A stretch of 62,536 nucleotides of DNA, counting the filler, from Squatina squatina (lineage: Eukaryota): the NCBI GenBank assembly GCA_031763465.1. It is 4 parts of 4 records of this genome, joined end to end, with 100 filler letters (N's around TTAATTAATTAA, not from the genome) between each part and the next. Parts side by side here need not be neighbours in the genome. Positions count along the whole stretch, not along the records: positions 1 to 15,009 come from JARFOE010625502.1; 3 more parts are not named here. One strand, 5' to 3'. Each line of letters opens with the position of its first letter. Positions within the stretch are counted from its first letter, which is position 1. The translations under genes were made by a program, and so were the position numbers. The notes beneath the pieces are model-generated. The model saw nothing but the letters and a program-made list of their open reading frames with translations. It did not search any database and was not told the DNA's origin. Positions 1 to 12,390 of the stretch are shown one piece after another.

Positions 1-420
1 CGCTGACCCACCCACACTCGCGCTGACACGCCCCCCTGTCTTGCGCTGACCCGTCCCCTCTCGCGCTGACACGCCACCCCGTGTGCTGACCCATCCCCTC
101 TCGCGCTGAACCACCCCCTCCCTCTCGCGCTGACCCGCTCCCTCTTGCCGTGCTCTGACCCGCCTCCTCTCCTGCTGACCCATCCCCTCTCGCGCTGACA
201 CGCCACCCCGTGTGCTGACCCGGCCCCTCTCGCGCTGAACCACCCCCGTCCTGCGCTGAACCACCCGCTCCCTCTCGCCGTGCTCTGACCCGCCCCCTCT
301 CGCGCTAACCTGCCCTCCCCACTCCCTGTGCTCTGACCCATCCCTCTGACCCCCACCCCATCGGGATAACCCACCCCCGCCAATCGCTCTGACCCGCACA
401 CGTCTCCACGATACTCCGCT
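1..420. repeat. C-rich degenerate minisatellite (~20-22 bp units, core CGCTGACCC...CCCTCTCG)
   Basis: Recurring GCTGACCC/CTCTGACCC. The block ACGCCACCCCGTGTGCTGACC appears at 71 and 200 (129 bp apart). Confidence 0.85.
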
Positions 421-449
421 CAGCCCCTGCCTCTGGTCCATTTGTTTGT

Positions 450-560
450 ATTCACTGTCAGGACGTGGGTGCCGCTGGCAGGGCCAACATATATTACCCG
501 TCCCTAGTTGGTCTGTGAAGTTGGTGATGGACCACCTTCGTGAACTCCTGGTCCCTGGGA
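450..560 (-). mobile_element. LINE 3' end fragment (same family as 10050-10737 and 58245-58320)
   Basis: GGACGTGGGTGCCGCTGGCAGGGCCAACAT...CCCGTCCCTAGTTG aligns by eye with copies at about 10053 and 58257. Confidence 0.7.
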
Positions 561-1870
561 CCCTAAAGCTACAGACCTCATCACCTCCGGTCGTCTTAGA
601 CTCCTGAAATCCACAGGGTTGGTCTTATCCAGCCACTGCTTCTCGATTGGCCTCGTCTTCGTTCCTACTCTATCAGCTTGGGGGGTAATGCCCCACACCG
701 TGGCCCTTCACCTCGAATTCTCAGAAAAGGAATAGTATTGATTAGGAGGCAGCAAGTCATGTGCCTCTCCAGAAAGAAAGAAGCCAACTGATTCGAAGTC
801 CATGTAAATTCACACACGGCGGAGTGAGTTTTGTGGGGATCACAGTCATGACCATGAAGGTTGGGTCGCTGGTCCATGGGGCAACATTGTTATCAAAAGC
901 CGTCACAGTTGCTAAGTTACATCTGTGACATCACAATATTCAGGCAAAGTATCATTTTGAAATGCTTCATGACATCACTGATGATGGATTGCCGAGCAAC
1001 CAGCCTCTCTGAACACTGGTTATTATGGGATGTTTTTAGTTCAGAAAGGAGAATGGGAGCTGGATGGAAAGTGTGTGAAGCCCATGTTGCCAGGCGATCT
1101 TGATCACCATTGATGTGGCAGGAGACCAATCCTTACTCTTTTCTCTCTCTCTCTCCTCTCAGGGAGCCGGACACATGGTACCACAGTGGGCACCCGCACG
1201 AGCCTTGAAGATGTTTGAATCCTTCCTCTCCAACTCTCAGTACTGATGGGGCTGTCGCCTTGCCCAGGGCTCGTTGTATTGCTATCTTGATGCCTTATAA
1301 TCATCCAATTTTTATTTTTTCCCTCACGTACCAGCAATGAGCTTTTTAATCATAGCTCAGGGATCAAAGGAAAGTTCACCAAGCTGAGCCAAATCTAATC
1401 AAACCAGCAATATCTGGCCTAATGACAGAGACTACATCAGGACAAAGACTAACAATGCCAGTTAGTTAAGAGTTGCTGCCATTAATTCAGAGAACTTTCT
1501 CTTATGAAATTGAAAGAGGAGGAAGGACTGCATTTTTTGTTTGGCTGCATTTGTGCCGACATTCCAGGAGAAAGTGGGGCGGGACGGATTGGAGGCCTGT
1601 CTTGGGGAAGGAAACCAACGTTTTCACAGCTCCAGTCATACAGGGCAGGAGGGGCTGACTACCCTGTGGGTTAACAGGTGTTAGAGGGCCTACCTGCAGG
1701 AAGCTGTCATTACTGACAGAAGCGTGCTCGATTCGGGCACTCTGAAATTTCATGGCCCTCACAGAGCAGTCCCGGCTAGTGTTACTGGGACTGTGTCTTT
1801 AATGCTCCGATAGCCCATAGACCAGGAGCTGTTCTCTCACCGCTGCCTCCATCCTGCGTAGACACTCTCA

Positions 1871-1947
1871 GTCTGGGGCCGGGCCCCCTGTACAGGGGGA
1901 GTCCCCTCGGCCCGGTCTGGGGCCGGGCCCCCTGTACAGGGGGAGTC
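1871..1947. repeat. 33-bp perfect direct repeat x2, each copy with a 16-bp perfect palindrome
   Basis: GTCTGGGGCCGGGCCCCCTGTACAGGGGGAGTC at 1871-1903 and 1915-1947. The palindrome CCCCCTGTACAGGGGG lies at 1884-1899 and 1928-1943. Confidence 0.9.
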
Positions 1948-4779
1948 GCGTTGGCCCAGTTCGGCTCAGCTTGGTGTCATTTCTTTATTTTGGTAAAAAT
2001 CCAAATTTACAATGCAGCATTTGTGTAATTACAGGATTGCTAATCACTGGAATGAACAAGCCAATCAGTTCCTAGAGGAAGATTTTTAATCAATTTTTTA
2101 AATATATAAAGTTATTACATGTGATTTGTTTTAAATAATCAGAGACCACTGAACAAACTCAACAACTTTACCTCCTCCAGAATTCCATTGATTTGATAGA
2201 TTCCTGTCAGAAAATACCATTTTGGGATAGAGTATGAGTAATTTGCAACGAGATTTTTGGTGAGTGTCACAAACCCGGGTGGGACAAGTGACTCTGGACC
2301 TGTGGTTCCCAAAGCTCTCCACCACTGGGGGGTGGGGGTCCTCTGCTCAGGGCTGGAACTGCTGTCGGCTCATTATCGGGATTGATTGCTGTGATTATTT
2401 AACATCTCCATTATCGTTGGATCATGGGACTACCAGGTATGGTGGAAGCGACCTAAATAGACGGTGGTCATTTGTTTGTCCAGCAATTCTCATTTATTCG
2501 CAGATTTGTGTTGAATATTTTTCAGTGAGTTTGATTTTAAATTCTGGGATTTCATGAATGTGATATGGATCCACATACGATGTGAGGGGGTGACTCCTCC
2601 AGTCTCTGTGAGCAGTGACATTGTCTCTGTTCATGGTGACGTGTCCTGGTTGGTGCTTCTATTTGAATATAGTTACCATATCTCTCATGGTGTCAGCACC
2701 TGACTAATGAGCACTGGAGGAGCTGAGGACATTTACCACAGTTCAACTAACATTAGCAGTAATGGATAATGTTACGAATGATGTCATTCCAAGCAGTGAG
2801 GTGATTCGCTATTTATTTTTGGAGTCTTTCCGGTCTTACAATCTCAGAAATGTCCATAAATATAAAAGTGGTCGATTTTTCTGCTGTTTTACAATAATTC
2901 TTCACTTGTCCACACATGTGTGTCTAACTAAACTATCAGTCAGCGTCCGTTCCTTTCCCCACTGGGGAAATGTAAAAGCGATTCAGTCTCAGATCAGTAA
3001 ATTCTCAAACTACGGTTGAAGTTATTCCCAGGCATTAAGTTACAACCTGGTTCAAGAACTTGTAACATTCAGTTATCTGCTGTTTCACTCACACTGTCAC
3101 CATTATAATAAACACATAACAGCAACATCAGCTCACATTTATTCCTGCATTAATTACGTTAGTGTAATAAGACAGGATTAATAAAGATTATTCGATCTGC
3201 TAACCTGTTGGTACTTTGATATAATTAACTGCTGAAATTAACGATCAGGATTCTCCTATCTGTGTCAAAGGTGGTTTCTACCCTGCTGTCAGGTTCCGAC
3301 TAAACCATTCCTGAAGTTTGTTTCTCTTAAGGGAGCTGCTTCTCTGATTTTTTTCAGCCAGTTTGACAACAACCACCTCATTAACGTGAACTTATTTTAA
3401 CAAAAACAAGACCGTGCTCCATTCATCCGCCTAATTCATATCCGCTCCTGACTGAGTTAAACTGACATTTCTCGGTTATAAAGCTCTTCATTATTGTAAT
3501 TAATGGGGGCAGGTTAAATCTCCGAAGTTGCTCCGATCCGGTGACTGGATCACATTCAGTCCGGCCTCAGGTAACCAGAGGCTGATTTCCCAGGTGCTCG
3601 GCAGAGAGCGAGAATCGGCAAGTGAGAATGTGTTAACCCTTTACTGAGCTGAACTGTGTTCGGTCTGAACTGCAGGTCCCGCCTTTGATCAGTTCAATAA
3701 TACTGGTGCCCTGTGTAGTTTTACAGTTAAAAAAAATTCAGACCGAATTAGCAAGAAACATGTGCCCTACCCTGTCTCTGAACTGTGAATTATAAAGTAG
3801 GGAGGCGACAGATCCAGTCTCGGATGAGCAAATCCCCAGAATTCATGTTCCTGTTTTCTGCCCCACAACAGTTTTAAAATATGTCTGTGGGGAGACTGGT
3901 GGAGACCAGGAATAGGTTTAACCCTTAAATCCCCAGTGTAAAATGGACTGCCCTCAGTCACCATCTGAGCCCACACACAGAATAACTGCAGCCCCAGTGC
4001 TGTGGATCAGAACACGGAAACTCGACTTTAGAGAGGGAGACATGAAAGAATAAAACACAGAAATTAAGCTTCGAACCTACATTAACCTTACCTCGATCCC
4101 GCAAGGATTTTCTGTCTCTATTTCCATGTAGATTTTGCATGCCACACAGTTGTTATTTCACTGCAACCAACCAATCAGGTAGAAGTTCCTTGAACAAGTC
4201 ACAAATTGTGAGTTTGATCTGTTCCTTGTTCTGTGAGATTCAGAGCTCCGTCCTCTGTGTGAAAGCTGCTGCCAGCCCTCAGGGTGGATTCAACTCAAAC
4301 ATTCCTCATTTACTTCAGAACAAGGAGTGGCCTTTCTGGTCAATCCAAATCCAACCGGTTTGACAATTCACTGCCATTTCACTTGTGAACAAAGGTGATT
4401 TTAGATTTTACTTAATCCCTTCATGGTCCACTGAAGTTCAGTAAAACAGACACATGGTTAGAAATAAATTGTTACATTTCCATCTGGGATGCTGCTTGCT
4501 AAAATTCCCATTGATTGCCTGGTGTTTGCGCTTTGAGCCCAGGGTCCCAGAGTCAGTGTGTTGTCAGTGAGTTGAGAGGAAGCTGTTTCTGTACGTGAGG
4601 ACATTAACCATTTAAACACCGGATTAAACTAACCCTGAGCATCAATTGCCTCAGCTACTGCGGGAAGTGAGTACCAACTTTCCACAGGTACATCTATCAT
4701 TGTAAATCTGCAGCAGACACACCCGTTACATTGTTAGATACAGAAAGGGCCATTCCTGTGTTATAGCTGTTCGAAAGGT

Positions 4780-4965
4780 TACAATCTCCCAAAAATTGTG
4801 GATTCTGTGTGAATTGAATTTTTCAAGACGGAGATGGATTTTCTTAGTTTTGTCTATCAAGCGAATTGAATCAAAGGCAGACAGATGGGGTTAAGTTACA
4901 GATCAGCCATGATCTAATTAAATGGAGCAATGGGCTCAAGGGACTGAATGGTGTCTCCCTGTTCC
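4780..4965 (+). mobile_element. Degenerate CR1 LINE 3' end
   Basis: TTTCAAGACGGAGATGGAT...AGATCAGCCATGATCT...GGGACTGAATGG..TCCCTGTTCC resembles other CR1 tails in the window. Confidence 0.6.
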
Positions 4966-5867
4966 GATCTTTCCAGATTTAATCATCTGCTGAATAATGA
5001 ATTTCAGCATTTGGTAAATGTGAAGTTTAACCGGAGTTTCTGGACAATGACCTCAGCACTAAAGGGTTTGAACATCCCTTTAATCGATGCGATTCGGTGC
5101 TTTCATACAAGGCTGAGCTCCAACTGCTGTGAACATCTCACAATTCCAGGGGAATAAAGATCGGATAATCGGTGTGGGGAAATCGAGGGAAAACTCTGCA
5201 AAATATAGTTTAGTATAAACACCCCCACTGATCTCCCGTGTCCAGTAAGAGTTAAACAGTGAAGCCCTTAAACTTACCGCTGATGTTATTTCAGGGTCGG
5301 CTAAAAGTTTGGTGCAAGAGATTCTCTATCTGTAGATCAAATTACAAAGGTTCTGAAATTCCTGATTTTACGACCTATCCAGGTGCCAAACCCATGTGTT
5401 ATGGATTGTGTTTGGCAAAGTATATCCACCTCACCCCGCTGCCCCTCTCACTCTTGCAGAGTTACAGTAATAATCTTGTTAAGTCCATAAGCAGTGAGAC
5501 AGGCCAGAACAACGCGCCCCCTGGCACTGTGTCGGAGTCTCTGCCTCTGCCGGGCGAGTCCCAGCAGTTCTCTCACACCCACCTGGTGGGATAAGACAAC
5601 ACTTGTACTGAAGGTTGTTGTTTGGTGTGTGAGTAGCACAGTGCAGTCCTTCTAACTGACCGGCTTCACACGCAGCAATGCACAAACACAGCCTGCCTGC
5701 TCCAGACATTTTATTTATGCAGTGTTGTGGACTCCTGCTGCAGTGCTCTGGCCTGTGCCCAGTTCGTCTGCATTAATCTGGTCCTGGGGGAAGAGTTTTG
5801 AGGCCTCGGGGCTCTTTCTCTACATGTATGGGGTTTCACAATGTATCAGGCATCCTGCCAGGTGTGC

Positions 5868-6270
5868 AGAATCCCAGAATGGTTACAACACAGGAGGCCA
5901 CTTGACCAGTCAAGCCCCCGTCAGCTCTGTGCAAGAGCTTTTCAGCGAGTCCCATTCCCCCACCCTTTCCCCGTAGCCCTGCATTTTACCCTCCTGGTAT
6001 TTAGCCAATTCCCTTTTGATATCCACAATCTAATCGGCCTCCACCACCCTCTCAGGCAGTGCATTCCAGATCCTAACCACACGCTGCGGAAAAAAGTTTT
6101 CCCTCATGTTGCCTTTCGTTCTTCTGCTAATCACCTAAAATCTGTGACCTCTAGTTCACGACACTTCCACAAACAGGAACTGATTCTCTCCATCTACTCT
6201 GTCTGGACCCCTCATGATTTCAAACTTCTCCATCTAATCTCCTCTCAACCTTCTCTGCTCCAAGGAGAAC
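5868..6270 (-). mobile_element. 5'-truncated CR1 LINE inserted into a unit of the 39-bp repeat
   Basis: Reverse-complement homology to the CR1 ORF2 C-terminus and 3' UTR at 47760-48270. The flanks GGTGTG(C) and TCTGGGTTT rejoin one repeat unit. Confidence 0.8.
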
Positions 6271-7448
6271 TCTGGGTTTTTAATGCATCAGGATCGTGCC
6301 AGGTGTGTCTGGGGTTTCACAGTGTATCAGCATCCTGCCAGATATGTGTGGGGTTTCACAGTGTATCATGGTTCTGCCAGGTGTGTCTGGGGTTTCACAG
6401 TGTATCATGGTCCTGCCAGGTGTGTCTGGCGTTTCACAGTGTATCATGGTTCTGCCAGGTGTGTCTGGGGTTTCACAGTGTATCATGGTCCATCAGATGT
6501 GTCTGGGATTTCACAGTGTATCATGGTCCTGCCAGTTGTGTCTGGGATTTCACAGTGTAGCATGGTCCTGCCAGTTGTGTATGGGGGTTTCACAGTGTAT
6601 CATGATCCTGCCAGGTGTGTCTGGGGTTTCACAGTGTATCATGGTTCCGCCAGGTGTGTCTGGGATTTCACAGTGTATCAGGATCCTGCCAGATGTGTCT
6701 GGGGTTTCACAGTGTATCATGGTCCTGCCAGGTGTGTCTGCGGTTTCACAGTGTATCATGGTTCTGCCAGGTGTGTCTGGGATTTCACAGTGTATCACGG
6801 TCCTGCCAGTTGTGTATGGGGGTTTCACAGTGTATCAGGATCCTGCCAGGCGTGTCTGGGGTTTCACAGTGTATCAGAATCCTGCCAGGCGTGCCTGGGG
6901 TTTCACAGTGTATCGGGATCCTGTCAGATGTGTCTGGGGTTTCACAGTGTATCGGGATCCTGTCAGATGTGTCTGGGGTTTCACAGTGTATCAGGATCCT
7001 GCCAGGTGTGTCTGGGGTTTCCCAGTGTATCGGGATCCTGTCAGATGTGTCTGGGGTTACACAGTGTATCATGGTCCTGCCAGTTGTGTCTGGGGGTTTC
7101 AAAGTGTATCATGGACCTGCCAGGTGTGTCTGGGCTTTCACAGTGTATCGGGATCCTGCCAGGTGTGTCCGGGGTTTCACAGTGTATCGGGATCCTGTCA
7201 GGTGTGTCTGGGGGTTTCACAGTGTATCGGGATCCTGCCAGGTGTGTATGGGGTTTCACAGTGTATCATGGTCCTGCCAGTTGTGTCTGGGGGTTTCACA
7301 GTGTATCATGGTCCTGCCAGGTGTGTCTGGGGTTTTACAGTGTATCATGGTCCTGCCAGTTGTGTCTGGGGGTTTCACAGTGTATCGGGATCCTGCCAGT
7401 TGTGTATGGGGGTTTCACAGTGTATCAGAATCCTGCCAGGTCTGCATG
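6271..7448. repeat. 39-bp minisatellite, about 30 copies (GGGGTTTCACAGTGTATCATGGTCCTGCCAGGTGTGTCT), plus an orphan unit at 5822-5866
   Basis: Directly visible tandem units. The 13-aa periodic ORFs in several frames reflect the 39-bp period. Confidence 0.97.
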
Positions 7449-8519
7449 CAGTTGAATAACTGCACTCACTACAACACCTGCAAATTTACCAATAATTCAA
7501 AAATTGGAGGAAATTGTAACTTCAAGTTATGCAGAAGTTTTGAGAATTAATCACAAATCGAAATAAACTTTTATTCTATTTCTCCACCCTTTGTACTTCT
7601 AATTCCCAGATTCTGACAATTTCTAAACAAATGTCAAATTTCGCAGAAGTGAAATCAATGGTTTGAAATCTCCATGTCATCCCTTACCTTCCAGGTGACT
7701 GGGTACTTCGGATAAACCTCGTGTGATGTTCATGTAATCAAATGGATCAAAACCTGTTTAAATCAATGAACTTTCATGAAATCATATCTGTGTAATATTA
7801 TAGTAAATTCTGCAGTGTTTGAATCTGAATTTGAATTCAGTGAGTGATTTTACCGTACCAAGTTCCTGTCTTTCTTCTAGTATTTTGTTCAACTTTGGTA
7901 ACCTGTGGCACATTCGGGCCCGAGAGCCTTTCTCCATCACCAGATTTAGGAGATGTTTGGAATGTCCAGCTGGTTTCTCTTTTCCGTGAGCTCAGTGACT
8001 TTCTGTAAAGAATAATAATGAATATATTGAGGAGCGGAGTGAAAGACATTCAATGAGAATGAGTAGGAAAGGATCTGCTCAGTGGTTGGATAACCCAGTT
8101 ATTTTGAGCACAGAAAATCAGCCAGGAACTGATCCATTCTGAACATGGGCTGAGTATTCTGTAGACATCCTGATTCAGTCATTAATGGCAAAGAAATGGG
8201 ATGACACTAAAATAGAAATCAGAAATATTGTTCTGGGAGTGAGTGATCACTGAGATTCTGCAGTAGTTTTAAAGCAATTTAACTTATTTGCCCTTCAGTA
8301 CCCAACATAGTTGCTGATTAACTGTACAATGTACCAGTTTGTCACACTCACTTCCTGATGTCGCACTGTTACTTTGCTCAAAAATCAAACAGCAGCGAAT
8401 CAGAACTCCAGTTGCAGGGAAGGGAATTGAGGGCAGCAGCTTGGAAACTGTCTGAGAAATTACACCGATTAATTGACCCAACCACTGTTGATTTATCAGA
8501 CAGGTGAAACAACCGTTAG

Positions 8520-9925
8520 GTGCATATCCCAGTACTTTTTAAATGTGATGAAAGTTTCTGCCTCGACCACCCTTTCAGGCAGTGAGTTCCAGATCTTCGC
8601 CACCCCCACCCACCCTCTGGATGGAAAACATTCTCAATGTCCCTTTAATCCTCCTACCAGTTACTTTAAATTTATGTCCCCTTGTAATTCACTTCACTGC
8701 TAGGGGAAATAGAACCTTCCTAACCACTATCTCGGCCCCTCATCATTTTATACACCTCAATCAAGTCACCCTCAGCCTCCTCTGTTCCAAAGAAAACAAC
8801 CCCAGCCTATCCAAGCTTTCCTCACAGCTAAAATTCTCCAGTCCTGACAACATCCTCGTAAATCTCCTCTGTACCATCTCTAATGTCATCCCATCTTTCC
8901 TGTGATGTGGGGACCAGAAATGTCACCTCTGGTTCTTCTGCCAATTACCTTAAATTTATGTCCTCTGATTACTGCTCCTCCTGTCATTGGAAACAGTTTC
9001 TCCTCATTAACTCTATCACAACCCATCACACAACACACATATTAAATCTCCCCTAAACTTCTCCACTCCAAGGAGAACAAGCCCTGCTTCTTTATTCTCT
9101 CCATGTTACTGAAGTCCCACATCCCGGGTACCATCCCAGCAAATCTCCTCTGCACCCACTCCAAGGTCTTGACATCCCTCCTAAATACTCCATTTGGGGC
9201 CTAAACAGGGATTGATTAATGTTCAGCATTACTTCCTTGCTTTTGGACTCTATGCCTGTTTATAAAGCCAAGGATCCCACACACTTTAAATCTCAGCTTG
9301 TCCTGCCACCTTCAAATATTTGTGTTCGTACACCCCCAGGTCTCTGTTCCTGCCTCCCTTTAAATTGGGAACATTTAGTTCGTATTGCCTCTCCTTATTC
9401 ATCCTTCTAAAACATACCATTTCACACCTCTGCATTAAATTTCATCTGTCCTGTCTCTGCCCACGACAACAGCTGTCCTCCCAAAGTTGATGACTACATT
9501 TCCGAGTTTCCTGTTATCGGCACACTTTGAAAGTATTTCCTGTATAACAAAGTCCGTGTAATATAATAGTAATTCTAATAATTAATATTAATCAAAAAGA
9601 GCAGTGGTCCTAATACCGGCCAGTGGGAGACACCACGGCACACTTCCCTCCAGTCTGTAAAACAACCGTTCACCACGACTCTCTGCTTTCTGTCTCAGCC
9701 AATTTCGTATCCATGCAACCACTGCCCCTTTAATCCCATCGGCTTCAATTTTGTTCACAAGTCGATCCTGTAGGACTTTATCAAAAACCTTTTGGAAGTC
9801 CATATACACATCTCCGCACTACCTTCACCAACACTCTCCGATACTTCAAAGGACTGAATCAAGCAGGTCAAACACAATTTACCTTTAACAAATCCGTGCT
9901 GGCTGTCATTTATTAACCCATAAAT
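8520..9925 (-). mobile_element. Composite of degraded CR1 LINE ORF2 (reverse transcriptase and C-terminus) fragments
   Basis: Minus-strand peptides GLINDSQHGFVKGKLCLT and YMDFQKVFDKV..RLVNKIEADGIKGAVVAWIRNWL are CR1 RT motifs. Two 3' segments lie at about 8520-8920 and 8930-9540. Confidence 0.9.
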
Positions 9926-10049
9926 TACCAAGTGACCCATAGTAATAATGATGAAATATCCAATCACTTTATCCATCAGTCTGTTGTCCATTTTTAGTAT
10001 GAAATCTCAGTAACCGAGAGCACACGTCCAGCAATGGGCCGAGTGTAGT

Positions 10050-10737
10050 CACAGGATGTGGCCGTCACTGGCAATGCCAGCATTTACTGCCCATCCCTGA
10101 GGGCCCTCGAGAAGTTGGTGGTGAGCCGCCTACTTGATCCACTGCAGTTCTTGTGGTGAAGGTATTCCCACTGTGCTGTTAGGGAGGGAGGTCCAGGATT
10201 TTGACCCAGAGACGATGAAGGAACAGAGATATATTTCCAAGTCAAGATGGTGTGTGACTTGGAGGTGGTGGTGTTCCCATGTTCCCACTGCCTTGTACTT
10301 CTAGGCACTACAGGTCGCAGGTTTAGGAGCTGCTGTCGAAGAAGCATCTTGTAGATGTTACACACTGCAGCCATGGTGTGCCGGTGGTGAAGGGAGTGTA
10401 AGTTTAAGGTGGTGGATGAGATGCTGATTAAGTGGGCTGCTTCTTCCTGGATGGGGTCAAGCTTTTTGAGTGTTGTTGGAGCTGCACCTATCCACGCAAG
10501 CAAAGATTATTCCATCACACTCCTGACCTGTGCCTTGTAGGTGGTGGAAAGGCTTTCGGGAATCAGGAGGTGAGGCACACGCCACAGACCTGCTCTTGTA
10601 GCCACAGTATTTATGTGGCTGGTCCAGTTAAGTTTATGGTAAGTGGTGATGCTCAGGATGTTGATGGTGGGGCATTCGACAATGGTAACACCATTAAATT
10701 GTCAAGAGTCAGTGGTTAGACTCTCTCTTGTTGGAGT
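10050..10737 (-). mobile_element. LINE (CR1/L2 group, second family), ORF2 C-terminus and 3' UTR
   Basis: Peptide LAWIGAAPTTLKKLDPIQEEAAHLI..LHSLHHRHTMAAVCNIYKM is typical of the post-RT region. A homologous piece lies at 36440-36564 (+). Confidence 0.85.
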
Positions 10738-10789
10738 TATATTGGGCTTTTAATGGTGAAACACACTCAACGATGATTGATAGAGGTAG

Positions 10790-11256
10790 AATAAGACAAT
10801 GGGCCCAAGGCAAAGGAAGAGATATTAGTAGGACTGATCATGAGTTGGGTTAACCAGCTAAATTTTAAAGAAGGAAAACGGAGAGGCGGAGTGATTAAAT
10901 TCTAGAGCGTATGACTAAATTCGAAGGCAACTGAACGGTTGCCCACCACTGGTAGTGTGAAGCGGGTGAATAATGCACAAGAGGCCAGTCAGGGGAACAG
11001 AATTCTAGGGGCGTGGGACGGTCACCGAGCTGGAGGAGGTTACAGAGATAGGGAAGGAAAGGCCATAAAGGGATTTAAGAATTTTAACTTGGAGGCATTC
11101 GAGGACCGGGAGCCACTATCGGTGAACGAACACAAGAGTGATGTCTGAGCGGACCCGGGGAGGGGCAGAATACACAGAGCAGAACTTGGAGTAGTCGAGG
11201 TTTACAAGTGCGTAAGGTGGAAGACTGGCCAGGGGAGCACTGGAATAGACAAGTCT
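10790..11256 (-). mobile_element. Degenerate L2 LINE 3' portion
   Basis: GGAGGAGGTTACAGAGATAGGGA..GGCCATAAAGGGATTT..GGACCGGGAGCCA pattern recognised as antisense L2 ORF2 C-terminus. Confidence 0.6.
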
Positions 11257-11428
11257 GGAGTTAACACAGGGATGGAGGGGTCAGCAGGAGATGGGCTGAG
11301 GCAGGTGTGGAGTTAACACAGGGATGGAGCGGGGTTCAGCAGGAGATGGGCTGAGGCAGGTGTGGAGTTAACACAGGGATGGAGGAGGGATCAGCAGGAG
11401 ATGGGCTGAGGCAGGTCTGGAGTTAACA
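11257..11428. repeat. About 55-bp tandem repeat x3, formed at the L2 fragment edge
   Basis: GGAGTTAACACAGGGATGGAG...TCAGCAGGAGATGGGCTGAGGCAGGT occurs three times. Confidence 0.9.
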
Positions 11429-11429
11429 T

Positions 11430-11522
11430 ATTCATCTAATATATCTTCCTATTTCTGCTCGCGCTATCACGTGGCACTGGGAGTAATCCTTAGATTACTA
11501 CTTTTGAGGGCCTATTATGTAA
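11430..11522 (-). mobile_element. CR1 ORF1 (SGNH esterase-like) fragment
   Basis: Minus strand reads LHNRPSKVVI*GLLPVPRDSASRNRKIY*MN, matching the CR1 ORF1 VVISGLLPVPR motif. Confidence 0.7.
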
Positions 11523-11859
11523 TACTGAAAGTGTCAGGACAAGCACCACTCTCAGTTTAATTTAAAAAAAAACACCGAGGCAGGGAGCTGAATCAGGTGA
11601 CCACCGAGAACCTTTATTCTGACAGAACTCGCAAAATAATCTTTCAAATTAAGTTTAAGAATCTATATTGAGAAAAGAACGTTTATTCATAATTGTATCA
11701 CCTTTTTACCTTTAATTAATAGCCAATAAATTCAACTGTTATTCTTAAATCGAGAAAGAGAGGGAACGTGTAAATTAATGTGAAAAGTAAAATTCAGCTC
11801 CTGGCTGAATCTGTCAGTTTATTTATTTTGATAGGTTGATATGAAATATACACGAATTC

Positions 11860-12390
11860 CAGAGGTGAAGTGACAGCGACTGCATTTGATATCAAGACAG
11901 CATTTGACCGAGTGTGGCATCAAGGAGCTCTAGTGTAATTGAAGTCAATGGGAGTCAGGGGGAAAATTCTCCACTGCCTGGAATCATCCCCAGCACAAAG
12001 AAAGACGGTTGTGGCTGTTGGAGCCAATTCATCTCAGTACCAGAACGTCGCTGCAGGAGTTGCTCAGTGCAGTGGCCTACCCAAATCCATCTTCAGCTGT
12101 TTCATCAATGACCTTCCCTCATAAGGTCAGAAGTGGAGATGTTCGCTGCTGATTGCAGTGTCCAGTTCCATTCGAAACTCCTCAGATAATACACACTTGC
12201 ATCAAGACTTCAATGACGTTCAGGCTTGGGATTGTGGCAAAGAGCATTTGTGCCACACAAGTTCCAGGCAATGTCTATCACCAATAAGAAAGAGTCTAAC
12301 CACTGCCCATTGATAATCAATGGTATTACCATCACCGGATACCCACCATCAACACTCCTGACCAGAAACCTAACTGCACCAGCCAAATAA
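11860..12390 (+). mobile_element. LINE reverse transcriptase relic (CR1/L2 group)
   Basis: AFDIKTAFDRVWHQGALV, KSMGVRGKILHCLES, IFSCFINDLPS and EVEMFAAD, with stops and frameshifts. Confidence 0.85.

Noticed and set aside
5841-7550. Cys-rich 240-390 aa ORFs
   Set aside because: Translations of the 39-bp minisatellite and antisense CR1. Frame switches follow G-run length changes.
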